The notes: generated by a model from the sequence alone, not told the origin. Shown: positions 30,550 to 40,053, counted from the first letter of the stretch. The stretch is DNA of 64,000 nt from Acutalibacteraceae bacterium (GCA_045660965.1 JAZRES010000004.1:6396-70395); one strand, 5' to 3'. Program-made: numbers and translations.

Positions 30550-31440
30550 ATGAAAAAATCTTTAAGAGACTTTAGTCAAAGAAAAAGAATGTACGGCCGG
30601 TTGTTCATCCTGCCTTGGGAGATTGGTTTTGTTATCTTCTTTATGATCCCCCTGATTCAGTCGCTGACCTTCGTATTCTCTAAGGTAGATATCGGTGAAT
30701 TCAACTTCGATACCACCTGGGTCGGTTTTGATAACCTGTATCGTATTTTCTTCGTCAACTCCAAGTTTGTTGACAACCTGATCGAGTCCTTGACTTCGTT
30801 CACCTATTCCATTCCTCTGGTTGTGGCACTGAGCTTGATCGTGGGCGTATTGCTGAACCAGAAGTTTAAAGGAAGAATTGTGTTCCGTTCCATTTTCTTC
30901 CTGCCGGTTATCGTGGCTACCGGTGTGGTTATGACCTACATCCAGGGCGACGCTTCTGCTGCCAGCATGCGTGGTGGCGCAGAGATGGCCGGTAGCGGTG
31001 TGGATGTTACCGCCATTCTGGAGGGTATGCACCTGTCCACTGAGATTACCGAGTTCTTGGTTGGCTTCGTTAACCAGATCTTCGACCTGTTCTGGGATTG
31101 CGGTGTGCAGATCGTTCTGTTCATTTCCGGTCTGCAGTCCATCCCCGAGCAGCTGTACGAGGTTTGCCGTGTTGAGGGCGCTAACAAGTGGGAAGAGTTC
31201 TGGTATGTTACCTTCCCCATGCTGAGCGGTACCACCATTCTGGTTATGATTTTCACAGCAATTGAGATTTTCACGGATTCCACCAACCTGGTTATCAACC
31301 AGGGTTACGCCGCTATGAAGCAGAACCTCTACGATGAGAGTTCCGCTATGTTGTGGGTGTACTTCGCTCTGGTTGGTTTGATTCTGGGCGTGGCTGTTCT
31401 GCTGCTGCAGAAGTTCGTGTTCTCGAAGTGGTCTACTTGA
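30550..31440 (+). CDS. Carbohydrate ABC transporter permease, pair 2 (MalF-like)
   Basis: 6 TM. EAA-like loop EQLYEVCRVEGANKWEEFWYVTFP. Confidence 0.85.
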   Translation: MKKSLRDFSQRKRMYGRLFILPWEIGFVIFFMIPLIQSLTFVFSKVDIGEFNFDTTWVGFDNLYRIFFVNSKFVDNLIESLTSFTYSIPLVVALSLIVGVLLNQKFKGRIVFRSIFFLPVIVATGVVMTYIQGDASAASMRGGAEMAGSGVDVTAILEGMHLSTEITEFLVGFVNQIFDLFWDCGVQIVLFISGLQSIPEQLYEVCRVEGANKWEEFWYVTFPMLSGTTILVMIFTAIEIFTDSTNLVINQGYAAMKQNLYDESSAMLWVYFALVGLILGVAVLLLQKFVFSKWST

Positions 31441-31455
31441 GAGAGGTGATGAAGA

Positions 31456-32442
31456 ATGTTTAAGAATAAAACTGAAGCCGAAAAAGCCCAGTCTATCCTG
31501 CTGATGAAAAAGCGGGGTCTGAACATTGTTATCTCCTTTGTTCGGTACTTCTTCTTGCTGGCACTGAGTTACGTGGTTCTTTTCCAGCTGATTTATATGA
31601 TCAGCTACTCTGTCCGTCCCGCAGTGGACGAGTTCAACCCCAGCGTTGTATGGATTCCTTCTCAGTTTACGTCTGCGAACTTCGACATCGCTTGGACTTC
31701 TCTGGATTATCTGAACGCCGGCTGGAACTCTGTATGGATCATGCTGGTCAGCGCCTTGATCGAGGTGTTTACCTGCGCTGTGGTCGCTTACGGTTTTGCC
31801 CGTTTCGAGTTTAGAGAGAAGAACATTCTGTTCTTCCTGGTGCTCATCACCATCATGGTGCCCACCCAGATGCTGATCATCCCCATGTTCCTGAACTATT
31901 CTCACTTTGATATTCTGAGCATTGGTGATGGCATCCGTCAGCTGACCGCATCCTTTGGTTGGAACGAGGGCCTGGGTATCGACCTGCGTCCGATGCTGCT
32001 GAATACCGCGGCTACCTTCTATCTGCCTTCTCTGTTTGCAGTGGGTATCCGTTCCGGTTTGTTCATCTTCATCTATCGTAAGTTCTTTGAGGGTCTGCCC
32101 CGTGAGTTGGAAGAGGCTGCCTACGTGGACGGTGCCGGTCCTTTCCGCACCTTCCTGTCGGTTATCCTGCCTTCCTCCGGCGTAGTATTCCTGACCGTTA
32201 CCATTTTCTCCTGCATTTGGCACTGGAATGAGAGCTATCAGGCCGGTATGTATCTGCAGGGCAATCCCACTCTGGCGGTTATGCTGGAGCGCTTCTCCGA
32301 TTCCGCAAAGAACAATGGCGGTGACACCCGTATGGCTCGTATGGCAGCCTGCTTGCTGTTCATCGCTCCCATGATGCTGTTGTACATGGTTCTGCAGCGT
32401 AAGTTCGTACAGAGCATCGATCGCGTCGGTATCGTTGGTTAA
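31456..32442 (+). CDS. Carbohydrate ABC transporter permease, pair 2 (MalG-like)
   Basis: 6 TM. EAA loop ELEEAAYVDGAGPFRTFLSVILP. Confidence 0.85.
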   Translation: MFKNKTEAEKAQSILLMKKRGLNIVISFVRYFFLLALSYVVLFQLIYMISYSVRPAVDEFNPSVVWIPSQFTSANFDIAWTSLDYLNAGWNSVWIMLVSALIEVFTCAVVAYGFARFEFREKNILFFLVLITIMVPTQMLIIPMFLNYSHFDILSIGDGIRQLTASFGWNEGLGIDLRPMLLNTAATFYLPSLFAVGIRSGLFIFIYRKFFEGLPRELEEAAYVDGAGPFRTFLSVILPSSGVVFLTVTIFSCIWHWNESYQAGMYLQGNPTLAVMLERFSDSAKNNGGDTRMARMAACLLFIAPMMLLYMVLQRKFVQSIDRVGIVG

Positions 32443-32483
32443 TTGTATTGGTTTTTAAAATAAACATATAAGGAGTAATTATT

Positions 32484-33470
32484 ATGGCTAAGATTATCAA
32501 TGGTGTTTCCTTGCCCAACATCCCCTGGCAGGATCGTCCTGAAGGCAGCAGCGACGTCGTATGGCGTTACGATGCCAACCCCATCATCAAGCGCAACCCC
32601 GCTAAAGGCTGCCAGCGTGTGTTCAACAGCGCTGTTGTGCCGTGGGGCGATGAGTTTATCGGTGTGTTCCGTGCCGATACCACCATCACCACCCCCAACC
32701 TGCACGTAGGCCACTCCAAGGATGGTATCAACTGGGAGATCGAGCCTGAGGCCATCGACTGGCGTGATGAGAACGGCGAGCCCTTCACCTCTATGTACTA
32801 CTACGATCCTCGTGTAACCTGGATTGAGGATGCTTACTACGTAATGTGGTGCACCGAGCAGGGTGGCCCCGTTCTGGGTCTGGGTAAGACCACCGACTTC
32901 AAGAACTTCACCCGTCTGCCCAACGTTACCCTGCCCTTCAACCGTAACGGTGTTCCCTTCCCCCGTAAGGTTAACGGCAAGTACCTGATGTTCAACCGTC
33001 CCTCTGACGATGGCCATACTCCTTTCGGTGACATTTGGCTGTCCGAGTCTCCCGACCTGGTATACTGGGGCAACCACAAGCACGTAATGGCTCGTGGCAC
33101 CAACATTTGGTGGGAGTCCACTAAGATCGGCGCCGGTAACGTTCCGATCGAGACCGACGAGGGCTGGCTGGTATTCTACCACGGCGTTATCAACACCTGT
33201 AATGGTTTCGTATACTCCTTCGGCGCTATGCTGTGCGAACTGGACGATCCCTCCAAGGTTATCTATCGCAGCCGTGAGTACCTGATCACTCCCGAGATGG
33301 ATTACGAGACCGTTGGCTTTGTTCCCAACGTTTGCTTCCCCTGCGCTTGCCTGGCTGATGCCGATACCGGTCGTATCGCCATCTACTACGGCGCTGCTGA
33401 TACTTATGTGGCTCTGGCCTTCACCACTTTGGATGAGGTTCTGGACTACCTGAAGAACAATCATCAGTAA
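32484..33470 (+). CDS. GH130 beta-mannoside phosphorylase/hydrolase family protein (cytoplasmic)
   Basis: 328 aa with GH130 hallmarks: VFNSAVVPW, YYYDPRVTW (catalytic DPR), NRNGVPFPRKVNGKY, IWLSESPDLVYWG, GWLVFYHGV. Confidence 0.9.
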   Translation: MAKIINGVSLPNIPWQDRPEGSSDVVWRYDANPIIKRNPAKGCQRVFNSAVVPWGDEFIGVFRADTTITTPNLHVGHSKDGINWEIEPEAIDWRDENGEPFTSMYYYDPRVTWIEDAYYVMWCTEQGGPVLGLGKTTDFKNFTRLPNVTLPFNRNGVPFPRKVNGKYLMFNRPSDDGHTPFGDIWLSESPDLVYWGNHKHVMARGTNIWWESTKIGAGNVPIETDEGWLVFYHGVINTCNGFVYSFGAMLCELDDPSKVIYRSREYLITPEMDYETVGFVPNVCFPCACLADADTGRIAIYYGAADTYVALAFTTLDEVLDYLKNNHQ

Positions 33471-33478
33471 TTTGCATT

Positions 33479-33510
33479 AAAAATGCCCCTGCTTCGGCAG
33501 GGGCATTTTT
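33479..33510 (+). terminator. Rho-independent terminator ending the GH2-ABC-GH130 operon
   Basis: aaaaatgcccctgc-ttcg-gcaggggcattttt. Confidence 0.88.
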
Positions 33511-33625
33511 GCATCCATTTTACGGAAATCGTGATATTTTACTATGACAAGGGTGGATTTTATAATGAAAACCCCCGATTCTTGCGGTATAATGATTCTA
33601 ATTACAAAGCAAGGAGGAACTCACA

Positions 33626-34354
33626 ATGATTTTCTTTTATGTTCGCCATGGTGACCCGATCTACAACCCCGACAGCCTGACCCCCTTGGGTGAGCGCCAG
33701 GCAGAGGCGGTGGCCAAGCGTCTGTGTATGCACGGCGTTAATAAGGTGTATGCTTCCACCTCCAATCGGGCGATTTTGACCGGTAAGCCCACCTGCGACA
33801 TTATGGGCAAAGAGCCGAAATTGTTGGAGTTCTGTAATGAGGCCAATATCGCCAAAGATTTTATGATAGGGGAGTGGCCTCATCCCGATCAGGACTGGGC
33901 CTGGAACCACAAGGACACCCGTAAATTGTTGCTGGACCCCGAGGTGGTGGCTATGGGGCACGACTGGTACAAGCACCCCAAACTGGCAGAATACACCTTC
34001 GAGCACGGCGTACAGGCTATGTACGAGGGCGTGGACGAGCTCTTTGCCGAATTGGGCTATGAGCACGACCGCTATACCGGTATTTACAAGCCGACACGGG
34101 ATAACGACGACCGTGTGGCGCTATTTGCCCACCAGGGCTGCAGCACCGTGTTTATGAGCTGTCTGCTGGATATCCCGTACCCCATTTTTGCCACTCGTTT
34201 CGATATGTGCCACAGCGCCTTTACCGCCATCGATTTCCACCCTGACCGCTATGGCAACGTGGTTCCTCGTGTAATGTCCCTGTCCAACGATTCCCACCTG
34301 TATCGTGAGGGCTTGCCTCTGCGCTACAACCACAACGATCGTTGCCGATTCTAA
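33626..34354 (+). CDS. Histidine phosphatase superfamily protein, paralog B
   Basis: FFYVRHGDPIYNPDSLTPLGERQA and LFAHQG. Paralog of 17258-17953, in the opposite orientation. Confidence 0.85.
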   Translation: MIFFYVRHGDPIYNPDSLTPLGERQAEAVAKRLCMHGVNKVYASTSNRAILTGKPTCDIMGKEPKLLEFCNEANIAKDFMIGEWPHPDQDWAWNHKDTRKLLLDPEVVAMGHDWYKHPKLAEYTFEHGVQAMYEGVDELFAELGYEHDRYTGIYKPTRDNDDRVALFAHQGCSTVFMSCLLDIPYPIFATRFDMCHSAFTAIDFHPDRYGNVVPRVMSLSNDSHLYREGLPLRYNHNDRCRF

Positions 34355-34362
34355 AATTTTAC

Positions 34363-34397
34363 AAACAGCCGACCATTATGGTCGGCTGTTTTTTTAC
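34363..34397 (+). terminator. Rho-independent terminator
   Basis: aaacagccgacc-atta-tggtcggctgttttttt. Confidence 0.85.
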
Positions 34398-34680
34398 TTT
34401 CCGAGATGGTTTTTATATAAAATACAGAAATTTCAAAAAAACTTCATCATTTTTCAACTTTTTATATAAAAAAGGATTGCATTTTACAAAATCATTTGGT
34501 ATGATAACAATGTGTTGTATTATGGGCTGATAGAATACCCACATATCTGTGTTATCAAATCACGATACAACAGATACCGAGCTTTTGCCGCGGAAAAGGG
34601 CAAAAATCCCATAAGACAGCGGATGGCGCCTGCGGGTGGCCACCGCAAAAAATATCTTTTTGAGAGGAAGCGTGAAACAC

Positions 34681-36324
34681 ATGCGTAGAATCGCGAAAAA
34701 AGTTCTGTTGCCGGTTCTCTGTGCCGTGGCTCTGTTTGTCAGCGCCTTTGGTATGATGAGCATCGTCGGTACTGCCGCTGATGAGGCTAAGGCCACCGAG
34801 ATCCTGAACAAGTACGATGTCGACTCTTGGAACGGCACCATCCAGACCGGTAAGGCCAACGATGGCATCGTTACCGCCTGGGACATCCTGAAGGTGGACG
34901 GCTACATCGAGGGCGTTTGGCTGCCCTGGCTGACCCACTCTTGGTTGGGTAGCTCTCTGGCTGCTAACCCCGATATGGAGAATAACGATAGCTGGACTTT
35001 GGCCGATGGCACCACCAAGGACTATTGGCAGGTTATGACCCAGATCGGTATTGACAACTATAACAACACCCAGCTGGAGCAGGAGATCTTCAACCTGCGT
35101 GCTCTGGGCTACAATATGCTGGCTTATGCCGGTTCTCCCTGGGCCGAGGGTCGCGTTAACGACACCAACACTTGGGAGTGCACCGGTGTCCGTGACGATT
35201 ATCTGAAGAATATTCGTCGTCTGCTGGACATCTGCCGTAAGGTCAATATGCCTGTCTGCTGGTACATCCACTTCCACTCTTCCGCAGTGCCGGAGTACGC
35301 CAGCTTGGATATGCACTATCGTATCGACCAGGTTAAGGGCAACAAGGCTTATGCCGATTCCTATGCCGAGAACTTCGTTAAGCCCGTTATGCAGGTTCTG
35401 GGTGAGTACCGTGACGTGGTCGTGATGTGCGGTATCGCCGATGAGACCTTCAACGAGATCAACGACTCTGAGGCCGGCGACAAGTTCAAGGAGGGTTCTC
35501 GTGAGCAGTACGGTGTAACCCAGGAACTGTCCATGTACTTCCACGCTCAAATTGGTAAGATGGTCAAAGAGGTTCTGCCCGATATGCCCACTACCTGCGC
35601 CGACAACGCCGACCAGTACGCTATGTACGGCGATGCTATTCTGGATATGCCCGGTCGTAACCAGTATTCTTCCGGCACCAACCCCTCTTCCTCTGTTACT
35701 GAGGCTTGGGCTACCGGTCCTCTGCTGGCCGGCGAGTATGGTTTGGGTAACAGCACCCAGACCGAGGACGTTTGGGCCGAGACCATCACCGGTAAGCGTC
35801 AGAAGTATCTGGATGCCGGTTACAGTGGCTTCTTCCAGTGGGCTTACGAGCCTACCTTTAAGGCTAATGAGGGTCCCTCCGGTAACCAGATGACCAAGCA
35901 GGGCGCTACCACTCCCTACGATCTGCGTAAGGGTGCTTGGGAGGGCTACTATTGGGCCGAGACCAAGATGAATGCTCTGGGCGACAGCTCTAAGAACACC
36001 ACTGGTAAGCCCTCTGCTCTCTACTTCTGCGGTCAGTCTATGACCTATAACATCACCAATTCTTCCGGTACCAAGACCACCTCTACCACCAGCCTGAACG
36101 GTAAGGTCTATTGGATTCAGCCCAAGGGTGTGACCACCTACAAGGTAGAGCGTTCTGTCAATGGCGGTTCTTGGACTCAGGTTTCCGGTTCTGTTTCTAT
36201 CGATTCCAACACCGGTAGCTACCGTTACTGCATGACCGATCCCAGCCCTGTTACCAGTGGCACCGTGCAGTATCGTATCACTGTAAATAACAAGACTGAC
36301 TACACCAACGTGTGGACTTACTAA
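34681..36324 (+). CDS. Secreted clan GH-A (GH5-like) hydrolase + Fn3-like domain (cassette 2 enzyme)
   Basis: Signal peptide. Paralog of 10219/41698 (DGYIEGVWLPWLTHSWLG; acid/base ETFNEINDSE; nucleophile LLAGEYGLGN). C-terminal YKVERSVNGGSW...GTVQYRITV. Confidence 0.8.
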   Translation: MRRIAKKVLLPVLCAVALFVSAFGMMSIVGTAADEAKATEILNKYDVDSWNGTIQTGKANDGIVTAWDILKVDGYIEGVWLPWLTHSWLGSSLAANPDMENNDSWTLADGTTKDYWQVMTQIGIDNYNNTQLEQEIFNLRALGYNMLAYAGSPWAEGRVNDTNTWECTGVRDDYLKNIRRLLDICRKVNMPVCWYIHFHSSAVPEYASLDMHYRIDQVKGNKAYADSYAENFVKPVMQVLGEYRDVVVMCGIADETFNEINDSEAGDKFKEGSREQYGVTQELSMYFHAQIGKMVKEVLPDMPTTCADNADQYAMYGDAILDMPGRNQYSSGTNPSSSVTEAWATGPLLAGEYGLGNSTQTEDVWAETITGKRQKYLDAGYSGFFQWAYEPTFKANEGPSGNQMTKQGATTPYDLRKGAWEGYYWAETKMNALGDSSKNTTGKPSALYFCGQSMTYNITNSSGTKTTSTTSLNGKVYWIQPKGVTTYKVERSVNGGSWTQVSGSVSIDSNTGSYRYCMTDPSPVTSGTVQYRITVNNKTDYTNVWTY

Positions 36325-36344
36325 TTGAGAGGAGGAACTGAATT

Positions 36345-38573
36345 ATGAAACATTTTAGAAAAGTTTGTTCCGTCCTCTTGGTTGCTGTGATGGTAGCCGT
36401 TATGCTGCCCTCCTTTATCAGCATCAACACCCCCATTGACGCTGCCGCCGCTGGCGAAGTGACCAATGGTGGCTTCGATTCCTACTCTTCCTACACCGGT
36501 AGCAGCGGTCAGACCGCTTGGAAAGCTGACGGTTGGGACGTGCGTGATTGGGGTAACACCTTGGGTGTATCCGGTCAGAGCGGTAAGGGCGTTCAGATTT
36601 CTAAGGATAGTTCCCACAAGGATGCTACCCAGTTGACCCAGGTTGTGCCTGTCAACACCAACGCCACCTACACCTTCTCTTTCTATGCAAAGGCCGCCAA
36701 GACCGACTGCGCTTACGTCGCTTGTTTCACCTACTCTTTGGATCTGGGTACCACTTCCGGTAACTGCAATGAATCCGTGGTGTCTAAGGCTACCGTCGAT
36801 TGTGGTGGCTCTAGCTGGAAGCAGTTCACCTACACCGTCACCACCGGTTCTAATAAGTACCTGAAGATTCGTTTCATCGGCACCGGTGTCGGTTCCGGTG
36901 ACTCCTATCTGGATACCGTCGCCCTGTCTGTTGTTAACGCCGGTGACGAGGGTACCCATGGTAAGGCTTCTTTGACCGGTTTTGCCACCGAGAAGAACCG
37001 TCCTTCTTCCGATAGCTACAACTACGTTAAGGAGCCCGGCTTTGAGGGCACCACCAACGCTCAGTGGAACACCTCCGGCTTCTTGACCAACGGTGTTTCT
37101 CGTGTGACCGGCGATGCCGCCGGCGCTCACTCCGGTAGCGCTTACCTGAAGTATTATCGCGGTAGTGTGGCTCCCACCACCTGGTCTATGTTCGAGGTGA
37201 CCTGTCCCACCGCCGGTGAGTACGTCTTCTCTGCTTGGGTGCGTACTCCCAACCTGTCTAAGAACAACGTTGGTAAGGCCAGTATCGGTGTTATCGACAG
37301 CGATACCGGTAAGTTCCTGACCTATGAAGGTTCTTATGACGGTCACTACTCCAACAAGGAGATTCAGTTGCGTTCCACCACCCCCGATAACCAGTGGCAC
37401 CTGCGTTCCGTTACTTTCTACGTTGGTGCGAACAACTCCAACATCAAGATCGGTATGTACGGTCTGACCTCTGAGATGTACGTGGACGATATCTCCATCC
37501 ACCTGCTGGCCAACGGTGTTACCTATTCCGGTAACCAGAAGGGTACTTTGACCGGTTCTACCTCCAGCACCAATAAGTACTGCGAGTCTGACAAGAACCT
37601 GATTGCCGACTGTAACATGAACAGCTCTGCCGCCAAGGATTTCTGGTCCAAGGCTTCCGGTTGGAACCTGGGTATGATGGAGTTCACTAAGGATCCCCAG
37701 AATGCTGCCCATGGCACCACCCTGCACTATAAGGGTACCAACACCGGCTCTAACAAGTTGTATAACTACATCAAGTTCATCTATGTAGAGCCCAACACCA
37801 GCTACACCGTGTCCTTCGACTATCGTGTGGCTGCTGCCGGTAACCAGCTGATGTTTATCGATAACAACATCGATTCTCCTCAGGTGTTCCACACTCCCTC
37901 TCTGGGTTCTGCCAGCAACAGCTGGAAGACCTACACCTTCTCCTTCAACTCCGGCAACTACAAGCGTATTGGTATCGTTCTGCGTAACCACGCTTCTGCC
38001 GAGCTGTATTTGGATGACTTCCGCTTCTTCAAGACCTCTGACGCCATCACCACCGAGCCTGCTGAAGAGGTTATTGCCTCTCTGAAGCACACCGGCGGCG
38101 AGAAGTCCCGTATGGAGACCGACGGCGGCACCTACGGTCTGGCCTTCAAGTTCGCTCTGAAGACCACCGGCGTCACCAAGAACAACAAGTTCATTGGCGA
38201 CCTGACCAACGCTACCGTGGATGCTCTGCTGGACGGCAACCAGTACAAGCTGGTTAAGATGGGCGCTGTGATCACCAACAAAGAAGAGGTTGGCGAGGAC
38301 GAGTCTAAGTTCAACTTGAACAATCTGGACACTGCCAAAAATACGGTTATCGACATCAATGCCGAGAAACTGTACAACGTCACTGCCACCGAGTCCTTCT
38401 ATGCAGTGCGTGTTATCAACATCCCCGAGGACCATAAGGGTGACAAGATCTATGCTCGTCCCTACTATGTCTTTGAGTTCGAGGGTAATCAGATCACCGT
38501 CTACGGTGATATCTACTCCGACTCCGCTGTGGGTGTGCCGGATATCAACGACGGTTGGCTGGAGTGGGATTGA
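36345..38573 (+). CDS. Secreted CBM4_9-like module array (3 modules) ending in the YARPYY module (cassette 2 partner)
   Basis: Signal peptide. Shares the two-module core of 12140 and of the C-terminal half of 43783 (NRP...WHLRSVTF...; NLIADCNMNSS...FNSGNYKRIGIVL). The C-terminus is YGLAFKF...MGAVITNK...YAVRVINIP...IYARPYYVFEFEGNQITVYGDIY. Confidence 0.8.
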   Translation: MKHFRKVCSVLLVAVMVAVMLPSFISINTPIDAAAAGEVTNGGFDSYSSYTGSSGQTAWKADGWDVRDWGNTLGVSGQSGKGVQISKDSSHKDATQLTQVVPVNTNATYTFSFYAKAAKTDCAYVACFTYSLDLGTTSGNCNESVVSKATVDCGGSSWKQFTYTVTTGSNKYLKIRFIGTGVGSGDSYLDTVALSVVNAGDEGTHGKASLTGFATEKNRPSSDSYNYVKEPGFEGTTNAQWNTSGFLTNGVSRVTGDAAGAHSGSAYLKYYRGSVAPTTWSMFEVTCPTAGEYVFSAWVRTPNLSKNNVGKASIGVIDSDTGKFLTYEGSYDGHYSNKEIQLRSTTPDNQWHLRSVTFYVGANNSNIKIGMYGLTSEMYVDDISIHLLANGVTYSGNQKGTLTGSTSSTNKYCESDKNLIADCNMNSSAAKDFWSKASGWNLGMMEFTKDPQNAAHGTTLHYKGTNTGSNKLYNYIKFIYVEPNTSYTVSFDYRVAAAGNQLMFIDNNIDSPQVFHTPSLGSASNSWKTYTFSFNSGNYKRIGIVLRNHASAELYLDDFRFFKTSDAITTEPAEEVIASLKHTGGEKSRMETDGGTYGLAFKFALKTTGVTKNNKFIGDLTNATVDALLDGNQYKLVKMGAVITNKEEVGEDESKFNLNNLDTAKNTVIDINAEKLYNVTATESFYAVRVINIPEDHKGDKIYARPYYVFEFEGNQITVYGDIYSDSAVGVPDINDGWLEWD

Positions 38574-38610
38574 TCTCTCGTTTAGAGGATTAACCTACAA
38601 CTAAATGACT

Positions 38611-38647
38611 AAAAATCCCGGTCGCGGTTTCCGTGGCCGGGATTTTT
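38611..38647 (+). terminator. Rho-independent terminator (imperfect stem)
   Basis: aaaaatcccggtcgcgg-tttc-cgtggccgggattttt. Confidence 0.65.
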
Positions 38648-38684
38648 AAGGCGTTTGGGTATTTTTGTAAAAAGAGGTTTCGTT

Positions 38685-39545
38685 ATGGAAATGTTTAATG
38701 CGTGGCTTCAAGAAATCCAGACGGTGAGCAGCGGCGACCCGGGTCGTGCTTTGTACAATAGTACCGGCACCGTTTGCACCATATTGATGTATTTGGCTAT
38801 CCTTCTGTACACCTGGCGTCAGCGCCTGAACCCTTTGAAGACCTTTGTGATTGGCTATCTGGTTAAGATGTTCCTGGTCTATGGTCAGCATCTGGTGACC
38901 TGGTATCGTCGAGATTTTGCTTGGGATAACTATTTTGGCACGGATAACATCGGCTACGCCTTTATTCTGTTGCCCGTCTTTTGCTGGTTGTGCGATAAAG
39001 CCTTTAATCTCTCCGACGGCACGTCCGGTGAATTGGCCGCAATCTCTACTCTCGCTTGGCATTTTGTGGGTCGTTCCGGCTGCACTTTCACCGGTTGTTG
39101 CTACGGCATTGATTGCAGTTGGGGTATCTATTCCCACTACGCCCAGGGCAACACCTTCCCAGTTTGTTGGGTGGAGAGTCTGCTCTCTCTGGGCATCTTG
39201 ATTTTCCTGGTGGTGCGCATACTCCGTCGTGGCTACGCCCCGGAGGGTAAGCAGTTCCGTTATCGCTTGCTGAATTGGTATTACAGCAAGCCCCGTCTGC
39301 CGGATGACGGCAGAGCACTGGCTTATTTGCTGCTGTTCTACGGTGGCGGTCGTGTCGTTACCGAGTTCTTGCGTTATCATGATGCGGAGTACAAACTGTT
39401 TGGCTTCTTGCCGTCTCTCTCCGTTGTAGCTTTGTTGATGGCGATGGTCGGCGGTCTTATGCTGTATTTCATTACCAAAAAGGAGAAGACTGCTGCTGCG
39501 ATGGCAGAACCTTCTCTCCCGGAGCTGAAAGGACAGCGCCACTAA
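38685..39545 (+). CDS. Lgt-like (prolipoprotein diacylglyceryl transferase family) polytopic membrane protein
   Basis: ~7 TM. GCCYG motif and C-terminal GRVVTEFLRYHD, resembling the Lgt R..EF.R.D signature. Start at MEMFNAW after an AAGAGG RBS. Confidence 0.55.
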   Translation: MEMFNAWLQEIQTVSSGDPGRALYNSTGTVCTILMYLAILLYTWRQRLNPLKTFVIGYLVKMFLVYGQHLVTWYRRDFAWDNYFGTDNIGYAFILLPVFCWLCDKAFNLSDGTSGELAAISTLAWHFVGRSGCTFTGCCYGIDCSWGIYSHYAQGNTFPVCWVESLLSLGILIFLVVRILRRGYAPEGKQFRYRLLNWYYSKPRLPDDGRALAYLLLFYGGGRVVTEFLRYHDAEYKLFGFLPSLSVVALLMAMVGGLMLYFITKKEKTAAAMAEPSLPELKGQRH

Positions 39546-39556
39546 TAAATAACGCT

Positions 39557-39587
39557 AAAAAGCTGTGGCTTTTGCCACAGCTTTTTT
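39557..39587 (+). terminator. Rho-independent terminator
   Basis: aaaaagctgtggc-tttt-gccacagctttttt. Confidence 0.85.
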
Positions 39588-39746
39588 CTTTGTTTTTGGT
39601 CCAAAACAGGCGATGGGGCAGGGGATAAAACCGGCTAAAAATTGTCAATTTTTTGACACTCTCCAACTGAGAGAATGCCACCCCAAAACACCAGTAAAAT
39701 TATCTAGAAATCGTGAAATTTTGACACATTTTCTAGCCGAAAAGTC

Positions 39747-39775
39747 TTGCAAAAAACAGACCCTTATGTTATGAT
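39747..39775 (+). promoter_or_regulatory. Candidate sigma-A promoter of the orphan SBP gene (implies a ~270-nt leader)
   Basis: TTGCAA-17 nt-TATGAT. I saw no better promoter nearer the ATG at 40054. Confidence 0.4.
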
Positions 39776-40053
39776 AATAATGCAGAATAGCATCAGTGTG
39801 GGTTTTTGTCCCTATGGCAACTAAAAGCGGCGCTTTTATTTGCGATTTCGGCCCACATCCAGGGCTGTACGCTTACCGCGCTGCGATGCTGTTTGGATTG
39901 GCTTTCGCCCCATTGATATTGTCTTCAGAGAGCCAACGAAATCTGCTACACGCTAGAACAAGGAGGTGCAAGAAAAGGGCATAGACGGATTGGCCATCCG
40001 GGATTTTAATGATTTTGTTTCTAAAAAATTTTTAATTTTAGGAGGAAACCACT

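Noticed and set aside
39565-39984. Small ORFs (39565-39774, 39796-39984, 39966-40151) in the leader upstream of the orphan SBP gene.
   Set aside because: They have no RBS and no recognisable motif, and they overlap the terminator and promoter signals. They are more likely non-coding leader sequence.
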